From: a virus
Reading direction: 5' to 3' (one strand)
IMG/VR virus record: IMGVR_UViG_3300028840_002190
Length of the DNA: 64,000 bases
Every line of letters starts with the position of its first letter. Within the stretch, counting starts at the first letter, position 1. Positions 62,549 to 64,000 of this stretch are shown here, piece by piece. The translations under genes and the position numbers were made by a program. The notes beneath the pieces were generated by a model, which had not been told where the DNA came from, made no database searches, and saw only the letters and a list, made by a program, of their open reading frames with translations.

Positions 62549-63571
62549 ATGAGTAAAGCCAAGAAAAAAGAAGAACCCAAACAGGAGAAAGAAGAGATGA
62601 GCGACAAGCAAGAGCCGACTGACATCGTCAAAGCAGACAGCGCAGAGCTGGAGAAGACGATCCAATCCCCCGTCCTTTTGGATCTCGTACAGCAAGTCAA
62701 GAACCCGAGGTTCTATGACAAGTTCCGTACTCAGCTCGAACGCGTTCGCCGCCCCACTCTCAACGAGTTGGTGAGCATAATCAACACGATTCCCGAAGAG
62801 TATCAGGACGCTATCACCACCTTGATGAAGAAGATGGATCCGAACCGTCCCGGACTTTACCTCGCGGATTCGCGACCCCAACTCACAGAGCTCCGGCTCT
62901 ACCAAGGGTCCGGTAACGACCCTAACCGTCCCGACAATTGCCGCGTAGGGCACTTCTACTTGACCACCAAACAGAATGTCGGAGCGAAATTCGAGGGTGC
63001 AGTTCTCGCACTGTGGCAGGGACGCACCATGTGGGCAGGTCCCGAAGATCCTCGCAGCGGTCCCGTCTGTACGTCGATGGACCGGGAAGTGGGTTCCAAG
63101 TACGGAACTTGCGAAACCTGTCCTGAGCGCCCATGGCGTGATGGTGAGAAGACAAACTGTAACGACGACGTTGTCGCGTTCATGCTGCCTAAGGCTATGG
63201 ACGATATCATCATCGTCCGGTTTTCGCGTACGTCGGAGGCTTCCGGACGGCAACTCTCTAAGTTCGCCGCTAAGAACCTCGTGCCGTGGCAGCGCTTCTA
63301 CGAGATCACCGCGAGTGAGCGGCAGGGCAAGGGCGGCGCTTCGATCAAGTGGCACGTCATGAAAGTAGAGCCTTCCGAGGATTCGATGCCTACCGAGTTG
63401 ATGGAGTTCTGTGCTGCGCTGTGTGCAATGGCGGAACACGACTTTATCCTCCCGGGTCTGGGACGCATCTATAACGACGCCGCGGCCCTCAGCGGAGACG
63501 CCGCAACTTCGCAGAGTGGCGATGCCGTCAAGGATGCTAGCGAATACGACGACTTCGAAGACAACGTCTAA
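62549..63571 (+). CDS. Single-stranded DNA-binding protein-like
   Basis: 340 aa, Cys cluster (CTS..CETC..C), acidic C-terminal tail EYDDFEDNV. Confidence 0.6.
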   Translation: MSKAKKKEEPKQEKEEMSDKQEPTDIVKADSAELEKTIQSPVLLDLVQQVKNPRFYDKFRTQLERVRRPTLNELVSIINTIPEEYQDAITTLMKKMDPNRPGLYLADSRPQLTELRLYQGSGNDPNRPDNCRVGHFYLTTKQNVGAKFEGAVLALWQGRTMWAGPEDPRSGPVCTSMDREVGSKYGTCETCPERPWRDGEKTNCNDDVVAFMLPKAMDDIIIVRFSRTSEASGRQLSKFAAKNLVPWQRFYEITASERQGKGGASIKWHVMKVEPSEDSMPTELMEFCAALCAMAEHDFILPGLGRIYNDAAALSGDAATSQSGDAVKDASEYDDFEDNV

Positions 63572-63583
63572 CCTAGGGGGAGG

Positions 63584-63616
63584 AGTGAGGGGGTGCAACG
63601 CCCCCTCACTTTTTTT
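63584..63616 (+). terminator. Rho-independent terminator
   Basis: AGTGAGGGGG/CCCCCTCACT plus T-run. Confidence 0.8.
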
Positions 63617-63797
63617 AGTCATGACAATCGAGCCGTCGCAATTTGTATTGGATCACGGTCCCTGGTCATACTCCAAAGCGGAGTCAGCGTCGCAATGTCC
63701 GCTACGTTTCTACTACACCTATATAGAAAAGCGTGCGAAGGGGCGTCCGAACGCCGACGCATTGGTCGGACAAGCGGTACATAAAATTCTGGAGTTC

Positions 63798-64000
63798 ATG
63801 ATCAGCGGTAGGGAGTGGAACCTGGCTAGGGATGCTGCGTTAGAGTCCTACGACCTAACGACCAACGAGCTCGACCGCGTTGCAGACATGCGATTCTCCG
63901 CTGAGAATTTCATCCAGAAACTGACCCGGTACCAAGAACGCCACAACATCCAAGACACTTGGATTGAGCGGAAGATGGGCATCACCTTGGAAGGTAAGCC
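63798..64000 (+). CDS. Partial hypothetical protein (runs off window)
   Basis: GGAG RBS then MISGREWNLARDAALESY... open to the end of the window. Confidence 0.6.
   Translation, partial: MISGREWNLARDAALESYDLTTNELDRVADMRFSAENFIQKLTRYQERHNIQDTWIERKMGITLEGK

Overview
This 64 kb window is part of a large tailed phage genome, most likely a jumbo myovirus with its own multi-subunit RNA polymerase. It fits the known metagenomic lineage of RNAP-encoding Caudovirales, and no host housekeeping genes are present. (1) About 1-14 kb, minus strand: an array of 8 tRNAs and a tmRNA, interleaved with many unexplained structured non-coding segments, including a 37-nt copy of the 23S rRNA L11/GTPase-centre helix. 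Accessory genes here include a metallophosphoesterase, a pyruvoyl arginine decarboxylase, a cyclic-phosphate receiver-like protein, a PLD-like nuclease and a tandem DIP1984-like protein. (2) About 14-55 kb, minus strand: virion morphogenesis genes (spike, tube, sheath, neck, major capsid, scaffold-like proteins, prohead protease, portal), a split/fused RNAP (beta+beta'-N and beta'-C) and a LigD-like Pol+phosphoesterase gene. Many of these proteins are rich in a K-x-A(A/S) motif, which I infer to be the prohead protease cleavage or packaging signal. (3) About 55-64 kb, mostly plus strand: SNF2 helicase, PD-(D/E)XK nuclease, amidase endolysin, ParB, a zinc-ribbon-containing sigma factor (minus strand) and an SSB-like protein. 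All calls come from motif recognition by eye; no database searches were run.
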